From Iphione sp. A-MEVVRFRX5 (taxonomy: Eukaryota), in contig OZ320313.1 of assembly GCA_976226885.1 (NCBI GenBank), positions 61,318,001-61,382,000 of the forward strand: DNA of 64,000 nucleotides, read 5' to 3'. Every line of letters begins with the position of its first letter. Position 1 is the stretch's first letter. This document shows, in pieces, positions 13,403 to 26,600 of the stretch. The position numbers and the translations under genes are program-made. The notes beneath the pieces were generated by a model, which saw only the letters and a program-made list of their open reading frames with translations, did no database searches and was not told the origin of the DNA.

Positions 13403-14984
13403 ATCAGGATGCCAAACACCAAGCGTGCCTGGTCCACTTGTTACTTTGGCCCCCTTATGCTCGAACTCACCCACCTCCTTACCACCTCTCTCTTACCCGA
13501 CTTGACCCCACGCCTCTTCTCGCCGGCATCAACAGTCCCGTATCTCCCCTGAATACAGTCCATGGGACCTACGTCTCATCATCACTGTCCTATTCCCTGC
13601 CATTTGAGCATAAGGGTATTAATCAGACCTCCCACCGTAGCCCCCCAGCTTATCCCTAGGATCCAAAGTTGGCGCGTGGCAGGCGGCCGCTGGGGTTCGC
13701 GGGCGCTTCTTCAACATCCATTATGCGCGGCTGTGTTTGTGTCCCCGTTGTAATAAGGTAATTATCTGGCCTTGGCACGATGTTGCCTGCTGGGCGAACT
13801 AACACAAGGAGGGCATCCAGTTATGACAGACCGATTTCGCCGAAATATCCAGTATTACTAATCATGCATTGACTACATAGGAAAACACAGGAAATGGGTA
13901 GCTACTAGCCAAAGCCATCAATAAGTGTCAATACCGTGTCTTGCTTGTCTTAGTGTCTCTTTGACCTACATGGTCTCTCATTCATATAACCCAGTTAAGT
14001 GAGGGAAAATATCTGGAACGCACATGAAAGGCGAACCTGCTGATGTGAAAAAGTGAGATGTACATGAAAACGTTTATTGAAGAGGAAAGTATGACACTGA
14101 ACGCAGGAGGAGAGTGCTAACACGAAAGAAGGGAGTACACACTGGGGAGCAAAATGTTGGTCACACTAAAAGGGAAGTGTGACCTTGGCAGTACGACGTT
14201 AAATATAAAAAAGCGACAATAGAGGAACAAGAACTTTTCATGAAAAACGTGGTTGAGTGTGGAGAAGAGAGGAGGTATAAGGGGATAATAGACAATGGAA
14301 ACAACAATGCAGTATGAGCCTGTGTGCGTCTGATATGACCATCAGAGATGTGATATGGCTCCACCAGCCTCAGATAGTTCACTATCCCCGGATCCTATTA
14401 CCACGCGGTTTCCGTGCATTTTGCTTTGTCTGAACACATTGATCTCAAGTGAAGGCAGGCCTTGTTGCCGAGCTGTTGTGGCCATACCCTGCTTTAATGC
14501 CCACTCTGCGATGACGAGGGTCAAACAGTAACCATCACCATTTGTTTCCATGGCCTCTCCCCCGTGCAGTCCCCCACCCCCACCAACGCCCCTCCCACGT
14601 GAGCACATGGGGACTGATGAGAGAAGTAAGGACCCTTACTTGACCACACGATGTACTCGTCAATGATCCAACCCCACTCAAACCGACGCAAAGAGTGCTA
14701 ATCGGATCATTCTTGTGGCATAGTTTGCTACTGTCGGGTGCGTGCTGGCTGCCTGGAAGACGGCCTGGGGCGGCGATGTTGGCGGTTGCCGACGGTAAGG
14801 CGGGTGGGGGCTGAACTGGACGGGCGGTGTCGGGCGGGCGGGAGGGCGCGCCCCGCTTCTCAAGCGGGTCTGGTCGGCAGCTGTAGCGCTGGTTTCGCGG
14901 TCGCCGTCCACAACGGCGAAGTGACAAGAGCAGTAGCTGGCGTGCAACCACCCCTCCTCTCTTGCCTCCCCTGTGCGCCGCGAC

Positions 14985-15310
14985 CACCGCCACGACCACC
15001 ACAGCCACCGCCGGCGGCGGCAGCAGCAGCAGCAGAAACAGCAGCAAGAGCCGCCTCAGCAGCAGTCGCAGCAGTTGAAGTAGTAGCTGTACAGGGTGCA
15101 GCAGCAGCAGCAGCAGCGACGGCAGCGGCAACATAAGCGGCGGAGGCGGTCGAGGCCAATGCGCGAGGCCGGCCGCAGTAGACTTTAGTCAGCGCGGGAG
15201 CGCAGTGCCGCGAGATCATTCGACGGGAACGATGGGGTGCAAGATCAACGCGAGCCGCGGGACGACGACGGCAACGACGACGATGACGACGACGACGACA
15301 GCGAATGGGA
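14985..15310. repeat. GC-rich trinucleotide low-complexity tract ((CAC)n/(CGG)n/(CAG)n then (GAC)n) inside a GC island of about 14680-15520
   Basis: Runs of CAG at 15021-15035 and 15099-15116 and of GAC at about 15260-15300. Overlapping poly-Ala, poly-Leu and poly-Gln frames result. Confidence 0.9.
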
Positions 15311-18300
15311 TAGGACTATCGACGATGCTGAATGTGAGGAGGACCGCTCTCGAGCGTCCGGCTAAATCGGCCAGCTGTTGAGGCTCGCCCTATCAGGGAG
15401 AACTTTTTCCGTGTTGAACGGACGCCCAGCGAGACGGGACACTCGAGGACTGGGGCTCGAGCGCGACGGTCGCGCTTAAAGCCACAGAGTACACAGAACA
15501 GTGGATTGGGGTGCATTACATTGGGTGTACAGAAGGGCAACAGGATACAGGAGCGGGGACGGTGGCGTTGGCCGTGGATAAATAACACCCACCACAAAAA
15601 AACCGCCTCCGCCCTGTTAACCAGTCAAGGATAGAAGATTCGACTACGACGCTCAAGGGGATAAACTCAGCAAGAAGAGTGTGGACTGCCCGGACATCTC
15701 GGACTGTCCCGGCCGTGGACTTGGTGTCGTACCGCGGTCGGACGGACAGTGTGTCAGCCATCGGTGAACGGTCTACCTTGGGCTGTTTTCGGCCGGATGG
15801 GCTCTGGGGCGTCCGGGCGTCTGCTCTCCAAAGGATACGATCGGCGGCGATCAGTGGACATCGGCTACAACGGCAGGCAACTGGCGGTTCTGCCATCTCC
15901 AGCATCGGACCGGGGAGTCTTCAACAACACAGCCGGGGCTTACACTATGAATCTGGGGGTTGGCTCAGACCATGTGCTGACAGTTCCGTATCAAGTACCT
16001 TCGTCAATGGATGCATCTTAAAAATCAACCATGTATCATCTCTCCGAGAATCGTTTCGGATTACATGACAAGGAGAATGCTCTTGATGACACGGATTAAA
16101 TCCGAGACATGGAATTATCATAGGATGAATTAATGGCAATTCGTATTTCCATGTTAGAAAGAATCAAACTAAACAGGCCAAGACTGATTAATTTCATGAA
16201 AGGAAATGTTCAAATAGTTACCAGATAGGTATCATTAAGGACTACTTGCGTATCATGAAGTGCATGTTCGCGAATGTAGCGATGCGGGAATTATGAAATA
16301 CGGAGTCATGAAATAGTTGTTTACGTTTATATTAAAGCTATTCTTATTTAACACAACAGTCAATATGGTAACTTCGCGATGCCAAGTATGTGAGGGCTAG
16401 ACCCAACGTGCTGGCTACAGCCTCTCGGTGAGAAACAACCAACCTTAAAACCCACTCAGTTCAGACCTTTGGTCCAAACCCACTTAAAGTGTCGTGGACT
16501 CTTGTGATCGACCCATTCTGACCACCTAGTTGATTATATAGTGAGAACGACAACTCAATAGGTGCGGATTGAGATCTCTGCCCTTGCCTTTCTGATTGCC
16601 ACAACTCGCCTAAGTCTCTCCAAGTGGGCTATTATAGTCCAACTGCCCGTGCGGAGAAACCCAATAACGGTGTTATTATCGCCTCCTGGGATTATACCAA
16701 TTAGCACGCGGAGCAGGTGAGCCCCTAAACGCCGCTTTTGACCACGTCAAGTACCTGGCATCTCTGCCCATAGCCGTTCCATATATACTTACACAATTGT
16801 GTACCCGTAAGTCGCTTTGTTAGCATTTGCGCTGAAAATCCGTGGCAATTATCTAGGTTTTAATTCACTAGCACCGATGGTGCATAGATAAGGCATTCCG
16901 GCGTCGCCTTCATATAAGAGTTTCAATTATTTGATGAAATGGGTGACTGAGTCACTGTGGATGCCCCAGGGAAACACCCGACAGAGAGGGTCAACCCTTG
17001 TCCTAACCTGTGTGTGAGAGAGTAGTATAAATACGGCGGAAGAGAAGCATGTTGCTGCGGCTCTGCAGTCCTTGTAGGCAGTGTTAACAAGAGCGTTTGT
17101 CTAAGGGGCATGATTGTTGCTCAAGGCCACATTTGACATTTCCGAGGAGAATTGACACATGATTATCAAGGAGCGAACGCCCACCTTTTTTTATCAATGC
17201 GTGTTTCCACACCATCTGTTCTCCAGCACGTCACTCCCACACGTACGTTACCGAAAAGCTGTGAATCTTCAATTCGCCCCCACGGTCCTTTTTAAAGTGG
17301 GATATACTAGTTGAATGCAACAGAAATAAAGGTGTGTAGAGTGCTTCTAGAAATTGTGTTGGGCGGTTTCATGAGCACACTCAGTTTGACACTTCACTCT
17401 GTTAATTTCTTGTGATATATCCCCTCATATTTTATCGACACTTCTAGGCACCTCAAGAAGCCCTTGCATTGACCACTTGCCTGCCTGCCTTCCCAGCCAT
17501 CCAGCTGGCTGACTGTGCTTCAAGCAAACCTGTCTGGTGGCCTGCGGCTGTACAGTTGGTCTTACAGGCCTTCTGAAGGGTTATTGTAGCCAGCCGGACG
17601 GTAATCGGACGGGGCATTGTGGGCTGGAGCTCGCGGCAAATATCCCCATAGAAATTTCACGGGAGCCACTCAGATCAGCTCGGGGACCCAGCTTTGAAGG
17701 GTTATGAGCAAGTGCACTGCGCGGACATGAAAAATATCTATGACTGGGACAGTGAGCTGGTAAAGCAAGGCTAGGGTACTGAAAGAAATCTGAAGGACAT
17801 TGCTTGTTCAGGGGTGATGGCATGTGCTGCCGAGAATGCCACCAGTTCCGGGGCCCGACTAAGGCAGGGCCAGTCGTAAGGTAACGCCTGACAGAGACAG
17901 GACTCTGTGGCTTTGTTATCTACGAGCAGGAGAAGATTGTAAAAATCCAATGACACAGTCCTACCCATCGGCACCCATGCACACATGCAGACAAGGATTC
18001 TGTTGACTATGCATGCATGGCCATACATAGGCACATAGACATTCCCACAAACACATACTCATACCCCTCTAGTGCAAATACATCTTACTGCAGGCACCAG
18101 CTGACTGATACGCCTTTAGCACAATAGGTGGCACACTTATCGGCTGGGCTCCAGGTGTCTGCAGTGCCAACAATACCAGCTCACGACCAGCTTAAAACTC
18201 TAGGGAGGTGGCCTCAAGGTGCTCTGGTAACTACCGGCAAGACGCGAGAATCGAACGGGGCTGAGTGGTGTAAGCAAGAGGTGATAACAGGGCAGCCAAC

Positions 18301-21300
18301 ATGTGTCTCTAAAGTGTTGGGTAGGCCAGCGACTGGGACGAGTCAAATTGCCAAACTACTATATGGCTAACGAGAGCAGAAATAGATCAGAGCTTGATGC
18401 ACGGTCTACAAATAGGCAGATAGCCTGACGGTGGCAAAACAGGTTAACCAAGTGCATTGTGAGAGATGGAGCTAATTCCCTAAAGTGAGGAGGTAGGAGT
18501 GAAATCGTGACATTAGCGAGAAGCCGAAGGTGGACAAGGAGGGATGGGACAAACGACTGTAGATTAACTAGAAACGTGAGAAAGAAAGACAGAAACGAAC
18601 TCGGCCTAGATGCGCTGTTGCTTACAGTGAAAAGAGAAAGGGAAATAAGCACGGGTTAAAAATGTAAACGTTAGGGAGGAAATAGAGACAGGGATGAATC
18701 AGCAAGAGCTTAGTGCTCTTGCTGTCCTTGCTACAGTCTGCAGCTTGATGTTCCCGGCCGGAAATACACTTTGACGGTCGCGACTTGCTGCTTCCGGCCC
18801 GCTGATTACCTGGGGGGAGACGCACCGTGTGGGTAGTAGGGCCAATATGTGCAAGTGTGCGCGATGAGTACATGCTACAAGTCGTCTTGTAAAACAGTGC
18901 GTTCACCCATAGTAGCAATCTGAACTGCGGGACCTACTGGTTCCACGAGACTCGTATTTTGGAGTCTATCCCACAGCCAAGCATACCCGGCAGATGGGAC
19001 AGGCACATAGATACCCAGGCAACCATATGCGCACTGGTGTCGCTGCTGTGCCAACTACTTGGCCTTTTCTTGACGCCAGGGGGCGCGTTTCCTGAGAGAG
19101 GTGTCTGTGGAGGGGGCCACCTGGGTGCTAAACTCGCGGGAGGTGGCAGCTTTTAGGCCGCGCGTCGAGACGCGTTGCCCATTGATTTCTATCGGGCGCA
19201 ACAGCCGGGGTGGGAGAAATCGACTTAGATCACAGGAGGGTTCTAATGTATTGGGCGGTGGCTGGAGCCGTATAGCAGCGGGTTGTAGTTGTAGACCCGC
19301 TCCTACGCTACTAGAGTGAAGAATCGACAGAAACAGTGCACTTAAAGGCAAGGTCTGTTTACTTAAAGCCACCCGGTATAGAAATGAAGTCCAAACATTA
19401 ATAGGCTCCAGCAAACGGATGCCCTTTACACCGAGCTGCTCTCCTCTGTACTCATCATAGGAAGAGAGGTCTGCTACGAACGGGTTTGCGTAGATCGTCA
19501 AGATTGAGATACAGCTTCCCTGAATGAGCAAGACCATATTCGCTTGTACTCTGGGACGGCGCCAAGCCTGACGCAAGCTCTAAACACCATTTGCTGGCGT
19601 CGTGCTCCAGCGCCCTAGACAATTGGGACACGGCCATCCCTCCCACAATACGTTTATTGCCGCGTCGTTTATTATTGTATTGAGGCAGTTCGATCTTCTG
19701 ATCGATCACCACATGGTGGTTGCGGGGCCGAGGACGGACTGGTCGTATACACGGAAAAGCTATCAGCTATGTTGCGCTTTACTTTTTAGCCTGGATGATA
19801 CGGCGTGTCGTAGCCGCCACTTCTCTACGACGTCTGCAAGCGCACCCCTCCACCATGTCGATGGTCCGTCATCATAAGGCACCCATTCGAGGCCTAAACT
19901 CGAGAGCTATCAGCAATATGTGATGGCAGGTGTAAGATTGTAAAGTGGAATTAAATACCCTTTAACGAACGCGCTCGCTTTTGACTTGCAAATGATACAC
20001 GCACTCTGCTCAGTTCAGCAGTTGCAGGCCGGTTTAGTTGATATAACAATGGGTTGTGATGAGAATGGTCGGTAGTAAGTGACCGTACGGACTTTTGGAA
20101 CATAAATCAAAGATAATACATTGATATCACTTATACTTTGCCTGACTTGTCTTGTAGGGTCAACCTTTGTCATAAGAAAAAACATACCTGGTTCTTGAAA
20201 AAAGCCCACTCATCAACAGTTTTATGTATGTACTGTTCCATAGTACGTTGCTCAAACTATACTTTTTCCATCTGAAAACAGCTCCACGGTCGGGCATTGT
20301 TCACCTGCTGCAGGCGGTTGTCAATAGCAACAAGCAGCAATGTAGTTAGCTACACACGAGCAATCTCCGAAAACGAGTCAAGCCTCTTGGCCTGAGCGCC
20401 TGCGAGCCTGCAGGGCGCGAACCGTCCAACCATTACCATCAGCCCACCAACCCCTCGACCTCCTGGCGGCCCTCCACCACTTCCGGTCAGACGAGCGATA
20501 ATATGATCACTTGCCAGCGTCAACCGCGCATTGCGACTGCACTGTAAAATGTGACTGACCTCTCGTATTATCGCCAAGTGATTGCAGCGATAGGCGCTGG
20601 TGGTCGGTAGTCCCATGTGCATGAGAAGTTGGCTCTGGCTCAGTGGTGACCGTCACATAACGCAGCTAAGATGCTAATGCCATCAGCCTTTCGGCCGGTA
20701 TGATTAATTCCTTAATTAGTTCCGCAGAGACTAACACTGTTTGCTGTAGTATATAGAAAACTTTATTGGTAATGCAGCACAGCGTGCCCATTCGAGCCAT
20801 TAATGCAACAAAGATGGAATCCATATTAGTTGGTCATCATTATGTATAGAGCGTGTCCGTTGCTGTTTCCCAAGAAAATAGCTGCGTGGCATACAACCAA
20901 GCAGAAACACAAGTAATAACCAAATCAGAGGGCTTATCTAGGCGGGTTGCGCCTTGTCTGGAGATAGAGTACAATTAAGATGGTAATATCGAGGTTTGCA
21001 CCCATGAAAAGAGGCACGGTTAAGCTAGAACCGATCAACTTGGTGCCGTGTCATGAAAGCGGGTTCCTGGTGTCAGGTCTCACTATCCTACTTCGATATT
21101 TACATATGATGTAGTATTTTAATGGGTTTCCTTCATCTTGATTGAGTAAATGCTCGCAATTGGTACTGCCATTAAACAGCCCGTTTTATTTTTAAAAGTG
21201 TTAAAATAACTTACCTTTCTGTGAACCGGAGACTTCTAAAGACCAAGTACGTCACGAACCTTGTTTTTGAGACGTTAATTTTGGCTATTAGAGGCATTAA

Positions 21301-23557
21301 AATTATTATGCCATTCTTGTGGATAATTTTGCAACACCTCGTGTGTGCCTTACTGGGCAGGAGTGATCTTTTGAAATGTCTCTTTCACGCTGCATGACAA
21401 ATCCGCAAACGCTGACACAAATTTATGTGCAGTGAGACAAAACACGGGACCTTTGCGCATTTGTCCTGACGAAGGAGGGCCGCAGACGCTGGTTGCGGGG
21501 CAAATGAACCTTAGACGAAGCAATCGCTCTTTTGGAATCGATTGAATGGCGCTAAGTCGTTTTCATAATTAGAGGGATTAGTAAACAGCACGCGCGCGTT
21601 CTCGGTGGCGGACACAGTTAATTACAACGCGGGAAACCCGTCTATTGCATGAAGAATTTCTGTAGATGTCTCATATTGACTGGATCAGAGGTTTGTTAGT
21701 ACTAGTCTCAGGAGCATTAGTCGAAATGACAAAGGATTGCGAAGGGCGTGAGATACTGACAGTGATGCGTGAAAAAGGCAAGGGTCTCTATGTCTCGATA
21801 TAGAAAGGTCACTGTGGTAGCAAGATAAAGGCCTCCGTAACGTACCAATAGGCATAGAGGAAGAAAAAGGAGCTTAGAGTAAAAAGTAAGGCGAGTATCA
21901 TGATTTATCTGACTACAGGAGCACGTCACACGCCACGGATGAAGGCCGCAGACTTATGATCAGGCGAAGGACCAAAGGCTATTTTGATGTGTGCGGCATA
22001 AAAAAAGAGCAAGAGAAGAAAATGTTCGCTGGGCAAGGGGGACGTCATTAGCGTCACTTTGTGTGCATGCACTGGCGTCTAAAGGAAGATGGCGGCGTTG
22101 ACTGCCAAGTGGAAAATGAGCTGGACCAGCGAGGTGCGCATTCGCCAAAGCTGGTGACTTGACACAGCTGAGGGTCAATGTCTGCTCATTTGTGGTAGGA
22201 AAGACTAGTGCTCCAGCTAACATGACCAATGTTCTTTCTGATCATGCGTCTACGTTTGTCAGCGGGGCAATTTTGACGAGATAACTGCAGCCAGAATCGA
22301 AGCGTTATCGCACGGTGGGATTTTATTTTGAAAGGAAATCTTTTGTTTCGTGAAAAAAGCCACTGTTTTATTTGCTGTTGGCCGTAGACACAGAGCCGAC
22401 GTTCACTTGCCGTTGTATTACCAGATAGATTAATGATTTCAAATGGATTGATGTGTGGCTGAAAATGAACATCGAAGTAATCGGCATACTGTTGATGTGC
22501 TCTGATAAAAAAAATCAGACAACTCTGAAGATGTGATTAAAAGAAATGCTGCCGTCTCATCCAATTAAGCCACGTTGTGCCTGACACATGCATTAGCCTT
22601 GAACTTGTATCTATTACACTTAAGAATCAAACAACGTTCGAGAAAAGTCTATTCATATTTGACTAGTTACGGAATTAACCCTCATCGTTGATTTTTTTAC
22701 ATGATCTAAGTGACCTTTGTCGAATTGGGTTATATATCGATAATAATATAGCTGACAGCACCAGTTAATCTTATACGACGTCTTATCTGAAGAGAAGGAG
22801 GTGGAAGAGATTCATGTCCTTTGTATCTGTCTAAAACCATTCTGCGATATGTTTTTTTGCTGTGTTGGTTTAAATTTGGTTTACTGCCTTAGCAACAATA
22901 GCCGTTTCACCGGTGTTCTTTAGCTATTTTAGTATCTAAGAACAGGTTTTCGGTATTAACAGAAAGGTTGTTCATCAAGCCAGAGGCTGTAGACCAGCAC
23001 GTGATATCATGCTATTACTAGCATATAAGGGTCAGCTAGAAAGTGATAGACACATAACATAGAAAAAAAAGGTTCCGCACTGTGTTTCTGACGAGTTGCA
23101 ATTGTCTCGTTGCGTAAACCTGTATAGAAAGCTTGGTTTGTATTCAGTTTCATAAAGTATATCTGTGTGTTGATTCGTTATGGAGACTGGACTAAAAGAG
23201 GTATATGAAATAGTTTGATGACTTTCGCAATCCGTTACTTCACAGACCTTGAACACTTACTGTCAAGTGTTCACTCCAGGAAGTATCGGTTCACTAGGTT
23301 TGAACACATAATTAGGAGCCAGTGTCAGCTAGCCCCCATTAACCAAATGTGTATAGTGGATCCCGGATCACGGTTTGTGAATTCCTTCTCGATACACATG
23401 ACTATTAAAGCCAAGAACTGTGTTTCGAGATATGATTTTTTGAATTCACGGACAGCAGGGTTGAAAACGCCCTGGCAAACGGTCCAGGGCAGTGTTTCAT
23501 AACATTCTTGGAGAAGCAAACTTTTGGATTACTATTGTACCACGCTAATTAATCAAG

Positions 23558-23681
23558 ATGACCGGGAGTACGCGTTGGTTGCTCATCGCTCTTCTTCTTC
23601 TCTTAGCTTGCAGTACGGGCTGTCCAAATGGCGAATTCCAATCGAAACCCTGCTCCAACTTCGGCGATAGAACGTGTTCAG
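23558..23681 (+). CDS. First coding exon of a secreted or membrane protein with a TNFR-like cysteine-rich module
   Basis: ATG at 23558 gives MTGSTRWLLIALLLLLACSTGCPNGEFQSKPCSNFGDRTCS, then a phase-1 donor G|GTAAGC at 23682. A hydrophobic signal peptide is followed by C-x2-G-x-F-x4-C-x4-D-x2-C, the pattern of TNFR-superfamily cysteine-rich repeats. Confidence 0.75.
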
Positions 23682-26600
23682 GTAAGCCACATCTACTTTA
23701 CTCTCGCTTATATCTATTCTGCCCGTATTAATTCTAGGGGCAAGGCAATCCGCATCTGGCTGCTATAGGAGATGTCATTAGGCTTAGCGCAACTCAAAGC
23801 AATACGAAGGCGAGGAAGTAAGGGAAAAAGGTAAAAGCTGTCGCCTCTGTACGATGATGCGCATCCTCACAAGAAAACCTAGAGAATCACTAATCCAGAT
23901 CACATCTTACAACTTGTGAGCCTGATTTTATTTTGAACATAGCCAAATGTCTCAACTGTACATCATTATAGTTGGGCTTAGATGTATTTTCGCGTGGCTC
24001 TACATAAATTATCATAAAGGCACTAGTGCAGCTAATTTGAAACATTTTCGGGGTTCTAAGGAGATTTATCACAAGAATACATGTACTTATGTTGATAAAA
24101 AGGTTATTTTTCATTTGTGTAACAATCTAACCCACGTAGCTATTTAGTCGATACATTTACTTCCGTATCATGACGATTGTTAACATAGACTTATGTCTTC
24201 CTGCGGAGTGATGTTTTCTTTTGCTCGATAATTTTGAAATGAGTATGTACACATTTTTGGCGAATACAATTGGCCAGAAATGTGCTGATATCTTTTACAT
24301 GAATGAACTTATACAAACATTGGAACTCCAACATGCTCCCTATGTGTAGCCAGTATCCCTTCCAATTCAAATTATCCAAAGTGTATTTGTCCTCACAACT
24401 TCACTGACGAAAATAGGTTACATCAATTGTGTTATCCTCACTGTTGCCTTATTAGCAAAAATTGACAGACGCTTCTCTTCGCTTTATCATGAAGGTTTTT
24501 TTTTTTTATTTTTTTTTTACGAAAATCAGACTATTTGATGGAAAGAGATGGGGATTTAAGGCTCCATTCCTATTTTTATTTCGGGTATTTCATAGCATCC
24601 ATGTCAGAAGAATCTGAGTGCGCATTTTATACAGATAGCATAAACTACACACTGGGAGATTCCATCAAGTTTCAAAAATATGAATTCACAACTGTAATGT
24701 TGATTGCGGGGACAATTTCCAATCACCTTTGCGCTTCGTTCTTTAGCACTCAAGTAAACACGATTTTACCGAGAATTTCTTTGTTTTGCTCAGGGTTAGA
24801 GCTGTAACTGTAAGCACTGTAAGAAAGCCTCCATAATTAATCCCACCAATCTAAAGCCAGCAGGAACTCCACATCGTCAGTGCATTAACCCTAACAGTAA
24901 CTATGCCCGCCTCTTTGTCGATGAAGCCATGCCTGAATCAGCCGGCGGAGCCGACGGTCCCACTGTCAGACGTGTCGTCAGCAGCTGGTAAATTAAAACA
25001 CCTGAGGCAGCATTCGTACACGTACATTACCTCGTCGTACAGATTCACATTCTCCCCTCCCGCTGGGTGTGTGTTTATTATGGTCGAGATAATCGTAAAA
25101 TCGCATGCACCGACTTCGTCCTTTCTTATTACGGACTTGCTTCATAATTTCCAGCCACACTTAGCGGTAAAATGTCCCATGGGAAAGGCTATCATTTCAT
25201 TATTACACCTTCCCCGGAGCGTTATGTATAGCCCCCCGCTATACCTGAAACGCAAAGAACTTTTTTACAGCCTGTATGGTAGCTGCGCACCACTTATTAC
25301 AATAGCCCTCCCCGCCAGTTAAAATGCCGCACCATAGGCAGCACACGTGACTGAAGAATGAAGCCACCGCCAACAGCCTGAGGGATAGTTCACTCTAATG
25401 CTGATAGTAGAAAGCTTGTTTGAAATAAGGGAATCAATCAAAACGAGGAGCGACATGGAAAGTGCCCTGTTGAGAATCCAATCAAGTCGGCAGTCGTGGC
25501 AGCGGATCAGCTTGGATCCAGTGAACACACTTAATTAAGTATACATCGATATCGTAAAAATGATCTATAATGGGCACAAAATAATCATTTGGCAGTTGCG
25601 TGGTTGTTCTAGTATGAAGCTTGTGACTGTATAGAGAGAACTACATGTAAAAATTGTATGGTTTTCTTTTCCCCTTTGTCAAATGCCGATGAACCCAGAG
25701 TGCTGTTTCGTACAAACGGGTAGAGACCCTGAGGAGGTACGTCGTTGCAAGTGTGGTCAGGATATAGGAAGTACATAGACTGCAATGTATTAAAGAAGTA
25801 AATTTTCAAGCACAAATTCTGTTAATAGAAGCTCATTAATGCGTAGGGTCTAGTAGAAGGGCTAAAACGGCAGAATATAGCCATAGCACCAAACAAACGT
25901 TTGGATTTGATGAAGAATCAATGCAATGAATCATTAGATTATTAGGTAACGTAGGCCACATACCGTTCCCGATTATTTTTGCTTGCAAAGGGGATTTCCT
26001 GACGTAGATACTATCAACATATCCCACAGAAAAGACTTGGCAGCTAGACAAGGTTACATTAGTCTGCTGTGCAGATAATTCCACATTAGGAGGAGAAGAA
26101 AAGCACAACAGTACGGGGAAAACCGTATTCCACTACAAGGGCTGGAAACGTTTCATGAGCGTTGTATGTATACAAATACACATCCGTGGATATAACATGT
26201 ACAAGTAAACATGTACCTTTTCGGTTTACGTCATATTTTTTTCTAACTTAAACCATTTTAACTGTAAATCCTGCCAACATTTAATTACTTGAATTTCCTA
26301 TTCACAGAGTCCAGATATAATCAAAATATCGCACATGCCTATACGAGGAATCTCTTCTAAAACTCAAACTCCTGAAACACCAGCTTTTTGCAAACCCTGC
26401 TCGTGGCATAGCGGCAGTTTTTTTTTACAGAAACGAAGCTTATCGAGTGATCAATCCGAAAACCATGTCCTCGTTGAACAGGGGATGAGATTGTAGACAC
26501 GTAAACTGAGATTTATGCTTGAGATAGCTAAAATGCATATACTTATTAATACCAGGTGCATTTAAATGTGTTCACTTCAGCCCTGTCAGCTGCTCGTAAT

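Noticed and set aside
14535-15134. Longest ORF in the window (199 aa, Leu-rich, minus strand)
   Set aside because: It is the antisense reading of the CAG/GCA tract (CTG = Leu), a low-complexity artefact.
19055-19712. Overlapping minus-strand ORFs of 173 and 85 aa
   Set aside because: They are somewhat protein-like, but I recognise no domain and found no consistent splice structure.
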